This document shows, piece by piece, positions 1 to 10,729 of a stretch of DNA of 64,000 bases. The stretch is from Candidatus Zambryskiibacteriota bacterium (GTDB taxonomy: Bacteria > Patescibacteriota > Minisyncoccia > Phycocordibacterales > DATDWN01): the NCBI GenBank assembly GCA_003173855.1, contig PPGI01000010.1, positions 148,696-212,695 on the forward strand, read 5' to 3'. The notes under the pieces were generated by a model. It made no database searches. It was given only the letters and a program-made list of their open reading frames with translations, and was not told the DNA's origin. Within the stretch, counting starts at the first letter, position 1. Each line of letters starts with the position of its first letter. Both the position numbers and the translations under genes were made by a program.

Positions 1-28
1 TACACCTAGATTAAAAATAAATTATGAA

Positions 29-484
29 TTAGCTTAAGAGAGAATCAACAACAGATTTAACGGTGTCACCATCAGCTTTGCCTTTAAGTTCTTTCATAAC
101 AGCGCCCATAAGTTGTCCTGATTTTGATTTATCTGTAATACCAAGCTCTTGCATTTTCTTTTTTGCAACAATCTCGACTTCATCTTTTGACATCATTTGT
201 GGCAAATATGTTTCAAGAATAGTTAATTCTGCTTTTTCATGCAGTGCAAGTTCGTCTCTTCCACCTTTAGAAAATTGCTCAATTGAATCCTTTCTTTGTT
301 TTACTTGCCGTCTAATAACATTTAAGGCTTCATCGTCCGTGAGCTCATCAGTTGGCATTCGTTTTAAGGAAACAAGCTCATTTGTAAATGCACTGACAAG
401 TCCGCGAACAACATTTAGCCGGACAGTATCTTTATTTTTCATTGCTTCCTTTATTTGATTTCGAATATCTTGATGAATTGACAT
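29..484 (-). CDS. yqeY: GatB/YqeY domain protein
   Basis: 151 aa; sequence typical of YqeY/GatB C-terminal-like family (helical, KGKADG..VK motif region). Confidence 0.75.
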   Translation of the reverse strand: MSIHQDIRNQIKEAMKNKDTVRLNVVRGLVSAFTNELVSLKRMPTDELTDDEALNVIRRQVKQRKDSIEQFSKGGRDELALHEKAELTILETYLPQMMSKDEVEIVAKKKMQELGITDKSKSGQLMGAVMKELKGKADGDTVKSVVDSLLS

Positions 485-899
485 ATTATTTAATTATTAA
501 AAAAATTCCAAAAAAAATAACGATCATTATAATAGTCCAGAAAATTTTTGGATGCTTTAAATAATGCACCAATAAATAATACATCATTTAGTCGCAAGAG
601 TCATTTTTTAGAACATACAAATTTATTTATTACAAGTAGCTAAAAAATTATTATTATGTAGACTTCAACAAGTAGTGGACTTTTAATTTTTAGCAGAACT
701 ATTTATAGCAGATGCGGACTAATATTGTCCAACTTCTGATTATCTGCGAAATATTTATATTCCACTACTCTTAATAGTTAATTATTCTCATCATTATGAG
801 ACATTTTTTCTTATGGTAGATATTATATATCTCCTTCTCTTTTTTATGATTGTTCGAGAACTAAAAAAATAAACAATTATTATAAATTAATTAAATTAT

Positions 900-1952
900 A
901 TGGAAATTATAATCGGTATATTAGCATTTATTGCTGGTGCATTGTTTTTTTATTTTACTAGGCCAAAAAATATTGATAATCAATCACTAAAACTTATTCT
1001 AGAACAAGTAAATGAAGTAAATCGTAATGTAGATAAAAAATTAGGAGAAGGAACTAATCTTATGTTTAATTCTTTTTCTGAATCACAGAAACTTGCTTCA
1101 GATATACGAGATCTGGTTCACAAACAACTATCAGAAGTTGCAAAGGAACAAGTAAAAACAAATGAAGCCACGACTAGGTTTATGAATATTGCTGAGCAAC
1201 TATCAAATCTTGAGAAAGTTTTAAAACATCAAAAGCAAAGAGGAAATCTAGGCGAAGCTTCTCTTGAGCTTATTTTGTCTAACATTCTTCCTCCTGGTTC
1301 ATATAAAATGCAATATCAATTACAAGGAGGGGGAACACCTGATGCTGTAATTATTACTAAAGAAGGGATTGTACCTATTGATGCAAAATTTTCGTTGGAT
1401 AACTACAATCGTCTATCAAACGAATCAGACGAAGTTAGAAAAGTTGAGTTAGAGAAACAGTTCAAGAATGATTTGAAGCTTAGAATTGATGAAACAGCAA
1501 AATATGTTCGACCAAAAGATGGGACCTTGCCGTTTGCTTTTATGTACATTCCAGCTGAAGCAATATACTATGATTTATTAGTTAATGAGGTTGGTTCAGT
1601 AAAAGTTAATACTAGAAACCTTATCGACTACGCTTATAATGAAAAGAAAGTAATTATAGTTTCTCCAACTACTTTTGCAGCATATTTACAATCTGTATTA
1701 TATGGTCTTAAAGCATTTAAAATAGAGGAAACAGCGAAGGATATAGTAAAAAATGTTGAAGCTCTATCAAGACATATAAAAGCGTACGATGAGTATTATA
1801 GAAAACTTGGTATTTCACTTAATACTGTTGCTAATCACTATAGTGCTGGCTACAAAGAATTAAACAAGATTGATAAAGATGTTTTAAAAATAACAGGAGA
1901 AGGAATGGGGATAGAACCTCTAGTTGTAGAAAAATCCTTAATTGAGAATTAA
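900..1952 (+). CDS. rmuC: DNA recombination protein RmuC
   Basis: N-terminal TM helix, long coiled coil, C-terminal RmuC nuclease-like domain with PIDAKF motif. Confidence 0.7.
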   Translation: MEIIIGILAFIAGALFFYFTRPKNIDNQSLKLILEQVNEVNRNVDKKLGEGTNLMFNSFSESQKLASDIRDLVHKQLSEVAKEQVKTNEATTRFMNIAEQLSNLEKVLKHQKQRGNLGEASLELILSNILPPGSYKMQYQLQGGGTPDAVIITKEGIVPIDAKFSLDNYNRLSNESDEVRKVELEKQFKNDLKLRIDETAKYVRPKDGTLPFAFMYIPAEAIYYDLLVNEVGSVKVNTRNLIDYAYNEKKVIIVSPTTFAAYLQSVLYGLKAFKIEETAKDIVKNVEALSRHIKAYDEYYRKLGISLNTVANHYSAGYKELNKIDKDVLKITGEGMGIEPLVVEKSLIEN

Positions 1953-2016
1953 AGAATACTACAAAAACTTGCAAAATAGGGCTAATTTGTGTAGTATTTG
2001 GCCATAATTAAAAAGT

Positions 2017-2334
2017 ATGGAATTTGCAGTTATAGAAACAGGTGGCAAGCAATACAAGGTCTATCCAGGCCAAAGTCTAAAAATTGAGAAAATCAAAGGT
2101 GATTTTAAGGTGGGTGATAAGCTTGTTTTTGATAAAGTAATGCTTGTTGAAAGCGGCAATGATACTACAATCGGTACTCCTTACATTGCTAAAGCAAAGG
2201 TGGAAGGAACTCTGGAAGAAATGGGACGATATCCGACAGTTGAGGTGGTTAAATACAAGCAAAAATCTCGCTACTATAAAAGAAATGGTCACCGACAGCC
2301 ATACTTTAAAGTAAAGATTGGAGCTATTAAATAA
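2017..2334 (+). CDS. rplU: 50S ribosomal protein L21
   Basis: MEFAVIETGGKQYKV... canonical L21 N-terminus; followed by hairpin terminator. Confidence 0.9.
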   Translation: MEFAVIETGGKQYKVYPGQSLKIEKIKGDFKVGDKLVFDKVMLVESGNDTTIGTPYIAKAKVEGTLEEMGRYPTVEVVKYKQKSRYYKRNGHRQPYFKVKIGAIK

Positions 2335-2338
2335 AAAA

Positions 2339-2364
2339 CAGACGCCAGCGGGGCGTCTGTTTTG
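2339..2364. terminator. Rho-independent terminator (bidirectional) after rplU
   Basis: cagacgcc-agcgg-ggcgtctg stem followed by TTTTG; A-run upstream allows function on both strands. Confidence 0.7.
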
Positions 2365-2390
2365 CTAGGCGCTCTTTTCAGAGCCCTCAA

Positions 2391-2576
2391 TCAGGCATGC
2401 CATTGATTGTGTCCATGATTTTTTTGTGCAAGCCAATCCCACATGAATTGAGCTTGTTGAATCGAAAAGCCTCCACTGGCAATAGCTTGCTGAATAAACC
2501 TTTGCTTTGCTTCTTCAAGTCGTTTTTCTTCTTGAAATTTTTGAAGCTTATCTGCAAATGACATCAAACCCTCCAA
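2391..2576 (-). CDS. hypothetical small protein (61 aa)
   Basis: ORF directly downstream of recR on same strand; no recognisable motif. Confidence 0.35.
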   Translation of the reverse strand: MEGLMSFADKLQKFQEEKRLEEAKQRFIQQAIASGGFSIQQAQFMWDWLAQKNHGHNQWHA

Positions 2577-2591
2577 TTTGATTTTACTATT

Positions 2592-3200
2592 TTACTGTCG
2601 ATTTTTCAATGCATTTTTTATTGTGTCTGGGTCAGAATATTCAAGTTCTGTGCCAAGGGATATTCCACGACCAAGTGTTGAAATTTTAATAGTATATTTG
2701 TCTGTCAGTGGTTTTATGATTTCTGTTAAATATGAAAGAGTATTTTCACCCTCGGGATTATAATTTAGAGCAATAATAATTTCTGAAAGACCATTTTTTA
2801 TTCTTCTCTCCACTATATTTGTTAAATCTTTTTGCCTGATTTTTTTATCTGGATTTTTTTCTAAAATTGGAATTGTTCCACCCAAAATAAAATAATAACC
2901 ATTATAAAATTTAGTTTTTTCAATATTTTCAAAATCAACATCATGCGAAACGATCATTAACGTACTTTTATCACGATCCTGATCCCGGCAAATCGGACAA
3001 GTCTTTTCATCCCCTGGAAAAAAACGAAAACAACTATCACAGAGTCGAACAGTTTTGCGAATATCTAAAATCAGCTTCGACAGCTCGCTTAAATAAGCAG
3101 GATTTCTGTTTAAAAGATAATAAACAAATCGTTTAGCTTGTCTCGGTCCGATTCCTGGAAATTGCTTAAAGAGTTCAATCAGTTTCTCGATACTATCCAT
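2592..3200 (-). CDS. recR: recombination protein RecR
   Basis: HhH N-terminus (FPGIGPRQA), C4 zinc finger (CDSC..CPIC), Toprim domain. Confidence 0.9.
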   Translation of the reverse strand: MDSIEKLIELFKQFPGIGPRQAKRFVYYLLNRNPAYLSELSKLILDIRKTVRLCDSCFRFFPGDEKTCPICRDQDRDKSTLMIVSHDVDFENIEKTKFYNGYYFILGGTIPILEKNPDKKIRQKDLTNIVERRIKNGLSEIIIALNYNPEGENTLSYLTEIIKPLTDKYTIKISTLGRGISLGTELEYSDPDTIKNALKNRQ

Positions 3201-3233
3201 AACAGGAATAATATCACAACCCTGGTTTATTAT

Positions 3234-4628
3234 TTAAAATTCATTAAACTCTTTATTACTGTGTTGTTTATCTATACTTTGAAATGTTGTTTTTTGAGCA
3301 TTAAAAAATAATTCAACTCGTCCAGTTTCGCCATTTCGATGTTTTTCAATTAAAATTTCGGCAATATTAGTTTTTTCTGACTCCTCTTTATATTTATCTT
3401 CGCGATGAATGAACATTACAACATCTGCATCTTGCTCGATTGACCCTGAATCACGAAGATCTGATAGGCGAGGGCGACCGCCACGCTGCTCTACTGCTCG
3501 AGAAAGTTGTGAAAGGGCAAGCACTGGCACCTCAAGCTCTCGAGCAAGATTTTTAAGCGAGTGGGAAATTTCTGTCACTTGCTGAACTACATTGTCACTT
3601 TTTGTATTTGTTGGAACCATTAATTGCAAGTAATCAACAACAATTAATCCTAAACCTTTTTCGCTTTTTAATCGTCGGGCAATTGAGCGCATTTTCAAAA
3701 TGTTGTTTCCTGGCTGATCATCGATGAAAATTGGAGCCTTATTTAGTCTATCCAAGGACTCGCGAAGTGCTTGGAAGTCATTTTGCCGAGATAGTCTGCC
3801 AGTTCGAAGCTTCCAAGCATCAACATTTGATTGAGCAGCAAGCATACGATCAACTAACTGTTGTGAACTCATCTCAAGCGAGAAAATTCCGACATTAACG
3901 TTGTTATCAACTGCTGCTTGTCGGGCAATATCAAGTGCTAGAGAAGTTTTTCCTGTTGATGGGCGACCTGCAAGAATAATAAGATCTGATTTTTGAAGTC
4001 CAGAAAGTTTGTTATCAATATCAACAAACCCTGTCGGTACACCTCGAATGCCAACATTGTCAGAGTGCAGTTTGTCCAATCTGTCCCAAGCTTCAGCAAG
4101 TTCTTCAGCAATAGCCACAAATTTGTGCGTCGTATTTATATTTGTGACTTCAAAAAGTTTTTTCTCTGCACTGTCAAGCATTTCCTCAAGTTCTTTTTGT
4201 TCATCATAGGCTACTTGAGAAATATGATCTGATGCTTCAATCAAACGTCGCATCATATATTTTTTCTGCACTATCAGTGCATAATATTGAGCATTTGAAG
4301 ACGATGGAACAACATTAACGATTTCAGTTAAATAAGTATTACCGCCGATCTGATCAAGCCAACCTTTTTCTTTTAGTCTCGAAGATACTGAAAGCAAATC
4401 AATAGGAGATCTTTTCGAGAAAAGTTCAATCATTGTCTCAAAAATGATCCTATGTTTTTCAGAATAAAATGAGTCTGCGTTAACAATGTCATTAATATCA
4501 AAAAGTGCATCTGGCCGGAGCAGAATTGAGCCAAGGAGCGCCATTTCAGCTTCCAAATTTTGCGGAGGAATACGTAAACGGTTTTGAATTGTCTGCGTTA
4601 TGATTGTCTGCTTCATTTCAATAATCAT
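3234..4628 (-). CDS. dnaB: replicative DNA helicase DnaB
   Basis: N-terminal DnaB domain (PPQNLEAEMALLGS), Walker A GRPSTGKTSLAL, RecA-like C-terminal domain. Confidence 0.95.
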   Translation of the reverse strand: MIIEMKQTIITQTIQNRLRIPPQNLEAEMALLGSILLRPDALFDINDIVNADSFYSEKHRIIFETMIELFSKRSPIDLLSVSSRLKEKGWLDQIGGNTYLTEIVNVVPSSSNAQYYALIVQKKYMMRRLIEASDHISQVAYDEQKELEEMLDSAEKKLFEVTNINTTHKFVAIAEELAEAWDRLDKLHSDNVGIRGVPTGFVDIDNKLSGLQKSDLIILAGRPSTGKTSLALDIARQAAVDNNVNVGIFSLEMSSQQLVDRMLAAQSNVDAWKLRTGRLSRQNDFQALRESLDRLNKAPIFIDDQPGNNILKMRSIARRLKSEKGLGLIVVDYLQLMVPTNTKSDNVVQQVTEISHSLKNLARELEVPVLALSQLSRAVEQRGGRPRLSDLRDSGSIEQDADVVMFIHREDKYKEESEKTNIAEILIEKHRNGETGRVELFFNAQKTTFQSIDKQHSNKEFNEF

Positions 4629-4827
4629 TTTATCATGAGCATAATTTATTTTGTAAATTAAGAAATATAGAACAACCTGTGGATTAAATACGGCATTTCT
4701 GCTATAAATATTTTAGAGGTGATGCATGTTTGAAATTGCTTGGCGAGTTTGCCGCGTCAATCGTGTAAGATTGCTTCTCGTTGCAGTTCTTTTGCCAATG
4801 TTTTTGATTGTTTTTCAATCACTCAAA

Positions 4828-4849
4828 TGACCCGGATTTTTCCGGGTCA
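4828..4849. terminator. Rho-independent terminator (bidirectional) after cysS
   Basis: tgacccgga-tttt-tccgggtca 9-bp stem flanked by T-runs on both strands. Confidence 0.7.
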
Positions 4850-4851
4850 TT

Positions 4852-6216
4852 CTATTTAGGTAAAACTTCTGCTCCTTCTTCTCGATCGTTAACTAAAAAA
4901 CCAAGTTCTTCAATTTGCGCTCGAATCTCATCACTAGTTTTAAAATCTTTATTTTTTCGAGCTTCCTCACGTTTTAAAATCATATCTTTAATATGTTCAG
5001 GAATTTCAAAATCCTCTTTTTTATCAAGCTTTAATCCTAAAATTTTATCAAAATTTAAAATTGTAGATTTTTTGCCTATCGCATGTTCATCACGAAGTAA
5101 TTCAGAAATAAGGGCAATGACTTTTGCCGTATCAAGATCATCATTAACAAAACTTTCAAATTTACTTTTATAGGCTTCGTTTATTTCACTGGAGTCATTA
5201 AGTTCACCAATTTTCATTCTTAAACGTTTCAAGGCATTTTGAGCTCCCTCTAATGCTTCCCAGCTGAATTGAAGTTGGGAAGAGTATCGGGCAGTCAAAA
5301 ATAAATATCTCAAAGCTAGGGGATCAACATTTTTTTCTCGCAGAGTCTCTAATGTTATGTAATTTCCTTCTGACTTTGCCATTTTGGCAGAATTAACATT
5401 TAAAAAGGCATTGTGAAGCCAATAGTTTGCAAGTGGAACACCATAAGCAGATTCGGATTGAGCAATTTCGTTATTGTGATGAACTGGAATGTGATCAATT
5501 CCACCTGTGTGAATATCAAAAGGCTGTCCAAGATATTTTCGTGACATTGCCGAACATTCAATATGCCATCCCGGGAAGCCTTTGCCGAACGGAGCATCGT
5601 ATCCAAGCTCATTGTTAAATTTCCATAGAGCAAAGTCACGAGGATTTTTCTTTTCAGGATTTAGACCAATCCTACTTTTTTCCACATCCGAAAGATTTAT
5701 TTTTCCAAGTTTTCCGTAATCTTTGTACTTCGATATATCGAAGTACAGCCCATCAGAAGTATTATAAGTTATTCCTTTTTCAATAAGTTTTTCAATTATT
5801 TCAATATCTTCTTTTATATGATCACTTGCAAAAGGGAAGTGCTCTGGAGTTTCAATGTTTAAGGCATTCAAATCCTCTTTAAATTTTAAAAAATAAAAAT
5901 CTGCCACTTCTCGCATAGCTTCAAGCGTTATCGGTTTTCCTTCTCGTTTGAGTGCTTTGGTCATTTTATCCTCACCAGAATCCTCATCACTTGAGAGATG
6001 GCCAATATCTGTAATGTTTATTACCTGATCTACTTTATATCCGTTGTATTCAAACATTCTGCGCAAAATATCAGCAAAAACATAGCTGCGAAGATTGCCA
6101 ATATGAGCGTAATCGTAAACAGTCGGTCCACAATTATAAATTCCGATTAAATTTTCATTAATCGATTTAAATTTTTCTTTCTTTCCGGAAAGAGTATTTT
6201 CTAAAAAAATATCCAT
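4852..6216 (-). CDS. cysS: cysteinyl-tRNA synthetase
   Basis: class I HIGH (HIGN) and KMSKS-type (KMAKS) motifs, CysRS-like zinc-binding cysteines. Confidence 0.95.
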   Translation of the reverse strand: MDIFLENTLSGKKEKFKSINENLIGIYNCGPTVYDYAHIGNLRSYVFADILRRMFEYNGYKVDQVINITDIGHLSSDEDSGEDKMTKALKREGKPITLEAMREVADFYFLKFKEDLNALNIETPEHFPFASDHIKEDIEIIEKLIEKGITYNTSDGLYFDISKYKDYGKLGKINLSDVEKSRIGLNPEKKNPRDFALWKFNNELGYDAPFGKGFPGWHIECSAMSRKYLGQPFDIHTGGIDHIPVHHNNEIAQSESAYGVPLANYWLHNAFLNVNSAKMAKSEGNYITLETLREKNVDPLALRYLFLTARYSSQLQFSWEALEGAQNALKRLRMKIGELNDSSEINEAYKSKFESFVNDDLDTAKVIALISELLRDEHAIGKKSTILNFDKILGLKLDKKEDFEIPEHIKDMILKREEARKNKDFKTSDEIRAQIEELGFLVNDREEGAEVLPK

Positions 6217-6217
6217 G

Positions 6218-7051
6218 TTATCTTAATATCGCAATCAAAATACTTATTATAAATAGTACAGCGCCAATTAATGTCCAACGTTTGATAGTCTCATTTTGTT
6301 TAGCAGTAAGAAGGGAATTGTCTGTATCGCGTAGCTCTTTTAGCATATCCATGTTTGATTTAATTGTCGTATTGATCTTCAAATAATCAAGAATAATCGA
6401 ATCCATTTCTTTTGCAAAATCTTCGCCAAAAATTTCATTGCCACGACGTTTCAAAGTTTCCAAAATTTCGTGGTGTAAATCTGTCACTCGTTTGAATTCA
6501 AGTAGAGTTCTTGTAATTTCTGAAATAGAAACAACCATTTGGCGCTCTTTATTTTCAAAAATTTCTTTGGTAATTTTCTCAATATTGTCCTCAATTGCTT
6601 CGAGCTCTTCAAAAACACTGTTATATAACTCGCGAAGCATTCTAACAAAAATTTTATGTGAGCCAGAAGTTTGATTATTTTCCAAGATCTCTTCAACTTC
6701 CAAATCTTTGCCAAGTTTGTGCAAGGCATCAATTGTGTCATATCGTGCAGTAATCAGTGCGTCTTTACCAACAATAAAATCAATTTCTTGGTTTGATTCT
6801 GCAGAATGTGTGTGTTTCCAAGCAGGGAAATGAAGAATTAAATATACATATTCCTCGTGAAATTCGATTCGGGGTTTTGGCGTTGCTGCAGTCAACTCCT
6901 TAGCCACAAACGGATGAATGTTGTATTTGTCCATTAAGGAGTGGATTTCTTCCGGAGTGCCGTGATCAATATCAATCCATGTTTCTCCACCCAATTTGTA
7001 AGTTTTTATCATAACCAAATTATATAGAAAAATTAACTTATTGACCACCAC
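6218..7051 (-). CDS. CorA-like Mg2+ transporter family protein (atypical: single C-terminal TM, no GMN motif)
   Basis: N-terminal CorA cytoplasmic-domain-like sequence (TWIDIDHGTPEEIHSL...FVAKEL); ends with one hydrophobic helix; stop overlaps cysS start. Confidence 0.5.
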   Translation of the reverse strand: MVVNKLIFLYNLVMIKTYKLGGETWIDIDHGTPEEIHSLMDKYNIHPFVAKELTAATPKPRIEFHEEYVYLILHFPAWKHTHSAESNQEIDFIVGKDALITARYDTIDALHKLGKDLEVEEILENNQTSGSHKIFVRMLRELYNSVFEELEAIEDNIEKITKEIFENKERQMVVSISEITRTLLEFKRVTDLHHEILETLKRRGNEIFGEDFAKEMDSIILDYLKINTTIKSNMDMLKELRDTDNSLLTAKQNETIKRWTLIGAVLFIISILIAILR

Positions 7052-7057
7052 ATTTTT

Positions 7058-8305
7058 TTGCGAGATAATGTATTAAATATGGAAGTTTTCAAGTTTCGCG
7101 CTTACATTATTGGTGGTCTCCTAATTCTCGGGGCCGTATTTTTTTCAGGATTCTACATTGGTGATCAATCAGGCAAGCATTCAATTGCCCAATCTATTAT
7201 TTTAAATTCTACGTCGACAGATGAGACTATTGATTTTGCACCATTTTGGAAGGTCTGGAATGCTATAAACGAAAAATATATTCCAACAAACAGTACATCA
7301 ACTAACAGTGTGGTTTCAAACCAAACTCGGGTTTATGGAGCAATTTCTGGAATGGTTGACTCGCTTGGCGATCCTTACACAGTATTTTTCCCACCGGTTG
7401 AAGCGAAACAATTTAGTCAAGAAATTGGCGGCCAAATTGAGGGTGTTGGAATGGAAGTCGACGTTGTTGACGGAGTCTTAACAGTTATTTCTCCTGTAAA
7501 AGGCACTCCGGCATACAATGCTGGCATGAAAACTGGAGATAAGATTTTAAAAATTAATGATACAATTACAACAGGACTAACTACACAACAAGCAATAAAT
7601 ATTATTCGAGGCAAAAAAGGAACATCAGTCACGCTCACAGTTTCCCGCACGGAGATTAAGGATCCATTCCAAGTAACAATGGTTCGTGATGTTATAAATC
7701 TTCCTACAGTTGATACAGATACAAAAGGTGATGTCTTTATCATTAAACTTTACAGTTTTTCAGCAATTTCACCGAATTTGTTTCGTGATGCTCTCAGATC
7801 ATTTGTTCAATCAGGAAAATCTAAATTAATCATTGATTTGCGCGGGAATCCGGGCGGTTATCTTGAAGCGGCTCAAGATATTGCTTCGTGGTTCCTGCCA
7901 ACAGGGGATGTGGTTGTAAAAGAAGAATTCCGTGATCCAAATGATGAGCAAATTTATCGTTCAAAAGGTTACAATATTTTCAATGATCAATTAAAACTTG
8001 TTATTTTAATTGATGGCGGTTCGGCTAGTGCTTCAGAAATTCTTGCCGGTGCATTGCATGACCATGGCATTGCCACTCTTATTGGCGCACAGTCATTTGG
8101 TAAAGGTTCTGTTCAGGAACTTGTGCAGATTACATCTGATACTTCTCTAAAAGTAACCATTGCAAAGTGGCTCACACCAAACGGCATTTCTATTTCACAT
8201 CAAGGTTTGACTCCGGATATTGCTGTTAAGCTCGATGAGGATGCTTTTAAGAAGGGTAACGATACCCAATTAAACAAAGCATTAGAATTCCTAAGCTCAA
8301 AATAA
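7058..8305 (+). CDS. ctpA: carboxyl-terminal processing protease (S41, PDZ domain)
   Basis: N-terminal TM, PDZ (GMKTGDKILKIND), S41 motifs IIDLRGNPGGYL and GGSASASEILAG; start may be the ATG at 7079. Confidence 0.85.
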   Translation: MRDNVLNMEVFKFRAYIIGGLLILGAVFFSGFYIGDQSGKHSIAQSIILNSTSTDETIDFAPFWKVWNAINEKYIPTNSTSTNSVVSNQTRVYGAISGMVDSLGDPYTVFFPPVEAKQFSQEIGGQIEGVGMEVDVVDGVLTVISPVKGTPAYNAGMKTGDKILKINDTITTGLTTQQAINIIRGKKGTSVTLTVSRTEIKDPFQVTMVRDVINLPTVDTDTKGDVFIIKLYSFSAISPNLFRDALRSFVQSGKSKLIIDLRGNPGGYLEAAQDIASWFLPTGDVVVKEEFRDPNDEQIYRSKGYNIFNDQLKLVILIDGGSASASEILAGALHDHGIATLIGAQSFGKGSVQELVQITSDTSLKVTIAKWLTPNGISISHQGLTPDIAVKLDEDAFKKGNDTQLNKALEFLSSK

Positions 8306-8342
8306 TTTTGAAAGAATTGTGCTTTGTGTTAATCTAGTTTGC

Positions 8343-8786
8343 ATGAAAGTTATATTACTGAAAGATGTTGCCAAAGTTGGCAGACGATACGATATCAAAG
8401 ATGTTTCAGATGGCTTTGCTCAAAACATGCTCATTCCTCGAGGCATGGCACAAATTGCTACTCCAAGTGCTATAAAAAATGTCGAGATGATGAAATCTCG
8501 GGACTTAACCAATAAAAAAATTGAAGAAGATTTGCTTTTGAAGAACTTGGATACAATTAAAAATTTAAAAATTTTTTTGAAAGAAAAAGCCAACGACAAA
8601 GGTCACTTGTTTAAAGGCATTACGCGCGAAATGCTTGCTCACGAGATTGAAAAAGAAACAAAATTCAAATTAAATTCTGACTCAATTATTTTAGATAAAC
8701 CATTAAAAGAAGTTGGCGAGCACAAAGTTTCTATCGAAGCATTAGGAAAGAAAGCTGAATTTAGTGTCGAAATTAAAGCAGCTTAG
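8343..8786 (+). CDS. rplI: 50S ribosomal protein L9
   Basis: [13 protein letters not shown]... canonical L9 start; track ORF begins at upstream GTG 8319. Confidence 0.85.
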   Translation: MKVILLKDVAKVGRRYDIKDVSDGFAQNMLIPRGMAQIATPSAIKNVEMMKSRDLTNKKIEEDLLLKNLDTIKNLKIFLKEKANDKGHLFKGITREMLAHEIEKETKFKLNSDSIILDKPLKEVGEHKVSIEALGKKAEFSVEIKAA

Positions 8787-9055
8787 ATTACGTGAACAAC
8801 TTTCTTTGAAATTGTTTTTGAATCAAAACTAGTTTTTCGTCTTATTCCAAATTGAACTGTACCAGCAGTTAGTGCAAATAGTGTGTGGTCTTTTCCAATG
8901 CCAACATTTCTGCCAGGCAAAACATCTGTACCTCGTTGTCGTATGATAACTGAACCAGCAGAAGCTTTATCTCCATGCGTCAATTTAACCCCAAGGTATT
9001 TTGGATTTGAATCGCGCCCGTTTTTTGATGTTCCAGCTGACTTTTTATGTGCCAT
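8783..9055 (-). CDS. rpmA: 50S ribosomal protein L27
   Basis: [24 protein letters not shown]... canonical L27. Confidence 0.95.
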   Translation of the reverse strand: MAHKKSAGTSKNGRDSNPKYLGVKLTHGDKASAGSVIIRQRGTDVLPGRNVGIGKDHTLFALTAGTVQFGIRRKTSFDSKTISKKVVHVI

Positions 9056-9076
9056 GACTTATGTTAAGTTAGTCAC

Positions 9077-9424
9077 ATGAATATACAGGAATTCGTCGAT
9101 AAAATCAAGCCTTTATTCTGGATTCTACTAATTGCTATTTTAGGGCTAATTATATGGGAAGTTTTAAAAATTTCTGATTTAGAATCAAAACAGAGCCCAA
9201 TCCGCATTATTTACGGCAATGCAAGCTCCACATCTCTCATTCCTGCATCATTTGAAACAACAACTGCTGAAGTAATCGGTTCAAAATCTGGTAAAAAATA
9301 TTACTTTCCATGGTGTAGCACTGTCTCGAAAATTAAACCTGAAAATCAAGTCCACTTCGCTTCGATCGAATTAGCAAGATCAGCGGGATTTGTAGCTGGT
9401 GGTAATTGCAAAGGCTTGCAATAA
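9077..9424 (+). CDS. small membrane-anchored protein with C-terminal Cys-containing (YFPWC...GNC) domain
   Basis: N-terminal TM helix; C-terminal KxYHxPxC-type motif; immediately upstream of MacAB-like operon. Confidence 0.45.
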   Translation: MNIQEFVDKIKPLFWILLIAILGLIIWEVLKISDLESKQSPIRIIYGNASSTSLIPASFETTTAEVIGSKSGKKYYFPWCSTVSKIKPENQVHFASIELARSAGFVAGGNCKGLQ

Positions 9425-9465
9425 TCTTAATTGACCTATGTTTAAATTTAAGTTAATGTTTCAAA

Positions 9466-10728
9466 ATGCGTTTTAAACATCTCTTAACATCCCTGAAACT
9501 TGGCTTTTTTCTTGCTATTCGCCAAATCAGACGGTCATCAATTGGAACGACTGCACTTATTATATTTGTGATGACGTTAACGTTTTTAAACCTTGTTGTT
9601 ATTCGTGGTGTGCTGGTCGGTCTCATTGAGTCCTCAACCCAAGTTTATCGAGAAAGATATTCTGGGGATGTTTTTATTTCTGTTCTTCCCAAAAAAGAAT
9701 ACATCGAAAACAGCCCAAACATTATTGAAATTGTTAAAAATTTGCCATGGACTGATACATATTCTGCTCGTTACGTTCAAGGAGGCAAAATTGAGGGAAC
9801 ATATAAGGAGCGAATTGATTTTAAAGACAAAGCGAACGAAGCAGCTGCCCAAATTGCCGGCATTGATCCAATTGCTGAAGATCAAACTACAAACTTGTCT
9901 ACAAAAATAATCGAAGGCAGCTATTTGACTCCGGATGATACCGAATCAATTTTGGTAGGAGCAAATCTTTTGAAAAAATATTTAGCTTTTGAATCTCCGG
10001 CATTTTCAAATCTTTCTGATGTAGCTGTCGGTTCGCAAGTCAGGCTCACAGTAAACGGCAATACTCGCGAAATGACTATTAAAGGCGTAGTCAAAAGCAA
10101 AGTTGATGAACTAGATTTACGTGTTTTTATGCTCGACTCGACTCTGCGAACTTTGATTGGCAGAACTGATTACAATGTTGATGAGATTGCTATCAAAACA
10201 AAACCTGGTGTTGATCCATATATTGTAAAAAATGCCCTGCTAAATAGCGGAGTAGGAAACACGGCTACTGTTCAAGTATCTGAAGAAGCTTTGCCGAAGT
10301 TCTTGAAAGATATTAAAGACACTTTTGCTCTGCTCGGAAATGTTATTGGCTCAATTGGCATTGCTGTGGCTTCGATTACAATTTTTATTGTTATTTATAT
10401 TAACGCTATAACTCGCAGAAAATTTATCGGCATTATGAAAGGCATTGGCATTGATGCTGTGGCTATACAATTTTCTTACATCCTGCAATCCATTTTTTAC
10501 GCTTTCATGGGAGTAGTTTTAGGAATGCTATTTCTCTACGGATTTCTTGTACCATTTGTCGATGCTCATCCGATTAATTTTCCATTCAGCGACGGAATAA
10601 TTGTTGCTGAATATTCTGCAACAACAATACGAGCAATTTTGCTAATAATCACCACTATTATTGCTGGCTACATTCCAGCACGGTTAGTTGTAAAGCAAAA
10701 CACACTTGATGCAATATTAGGACGATAA
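9466..10728 (+). CDS. ABC transporter permease, FtsX/MacB family
   Basis: N-terminal TM, large periplasmic loop, C-terminal 3 TM FtsX-like region; operon with ATPase and adaptor. Confidence 0.75.
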   Translation: MRFKHLLTSLKLGFFLAIRQIRRSSIGTTALIIFVMTLTFLNLVVIRGVLVGLIESSTQVYRERYSGDVFISVLPKKEYIENSPNIIEIVKNLPWTDTYSARYVQGGKIEGTYKERIDFKDKANEAAAQIAGIDPIAEDQTTNLSTKIIEGSYLTPDDTESILVGANLLKKYLAFESPAFSNLSDVAVGSQVRLTVNGNTREMTIKGVVKSKVDELDLRVFMLDSTLRTLIGRTDYNVDEIAIKTKPGVDPYIVKNALLNSGVGNTATVQVSEEALPKFLKDIKDTFALLGNVIGSIGIAVASITIFIVIYINAITRRKFIGIMKGIGIDAVAIQFSYILQSIFYAFMGVVLGMLFLYGFLVPFVDAHPINFPFSDGIIVAEYSATTIRAILLIITTIIAGYIPARLVVKQNTLDAILGR

Positions 10729-10729
10729 T

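Noticed and set aside
63-458. Many track ORFs antisense to or nested within strong genes (e.g. 63-458+, 3993-4232+, 9593-9910+, 36370-36633+, 41644-42066+, 61237-61488+, 61422-61715+, 62724-63029+)
   Set aside because: These are shadow frames of well-supported genes on the opposite strand or within structured elements. They have low-complexity or Ser/Arg-rich composition and no expression signals.
6218-7051. Considered calling the CorA-like gene a pseudogene
   Set aside because: The reading frame is intact to a stop that is translationally coupled to cysS. Truncation relative to CorA looks ancestral rather than a recent disruption, and I cannot verify this without homologs.
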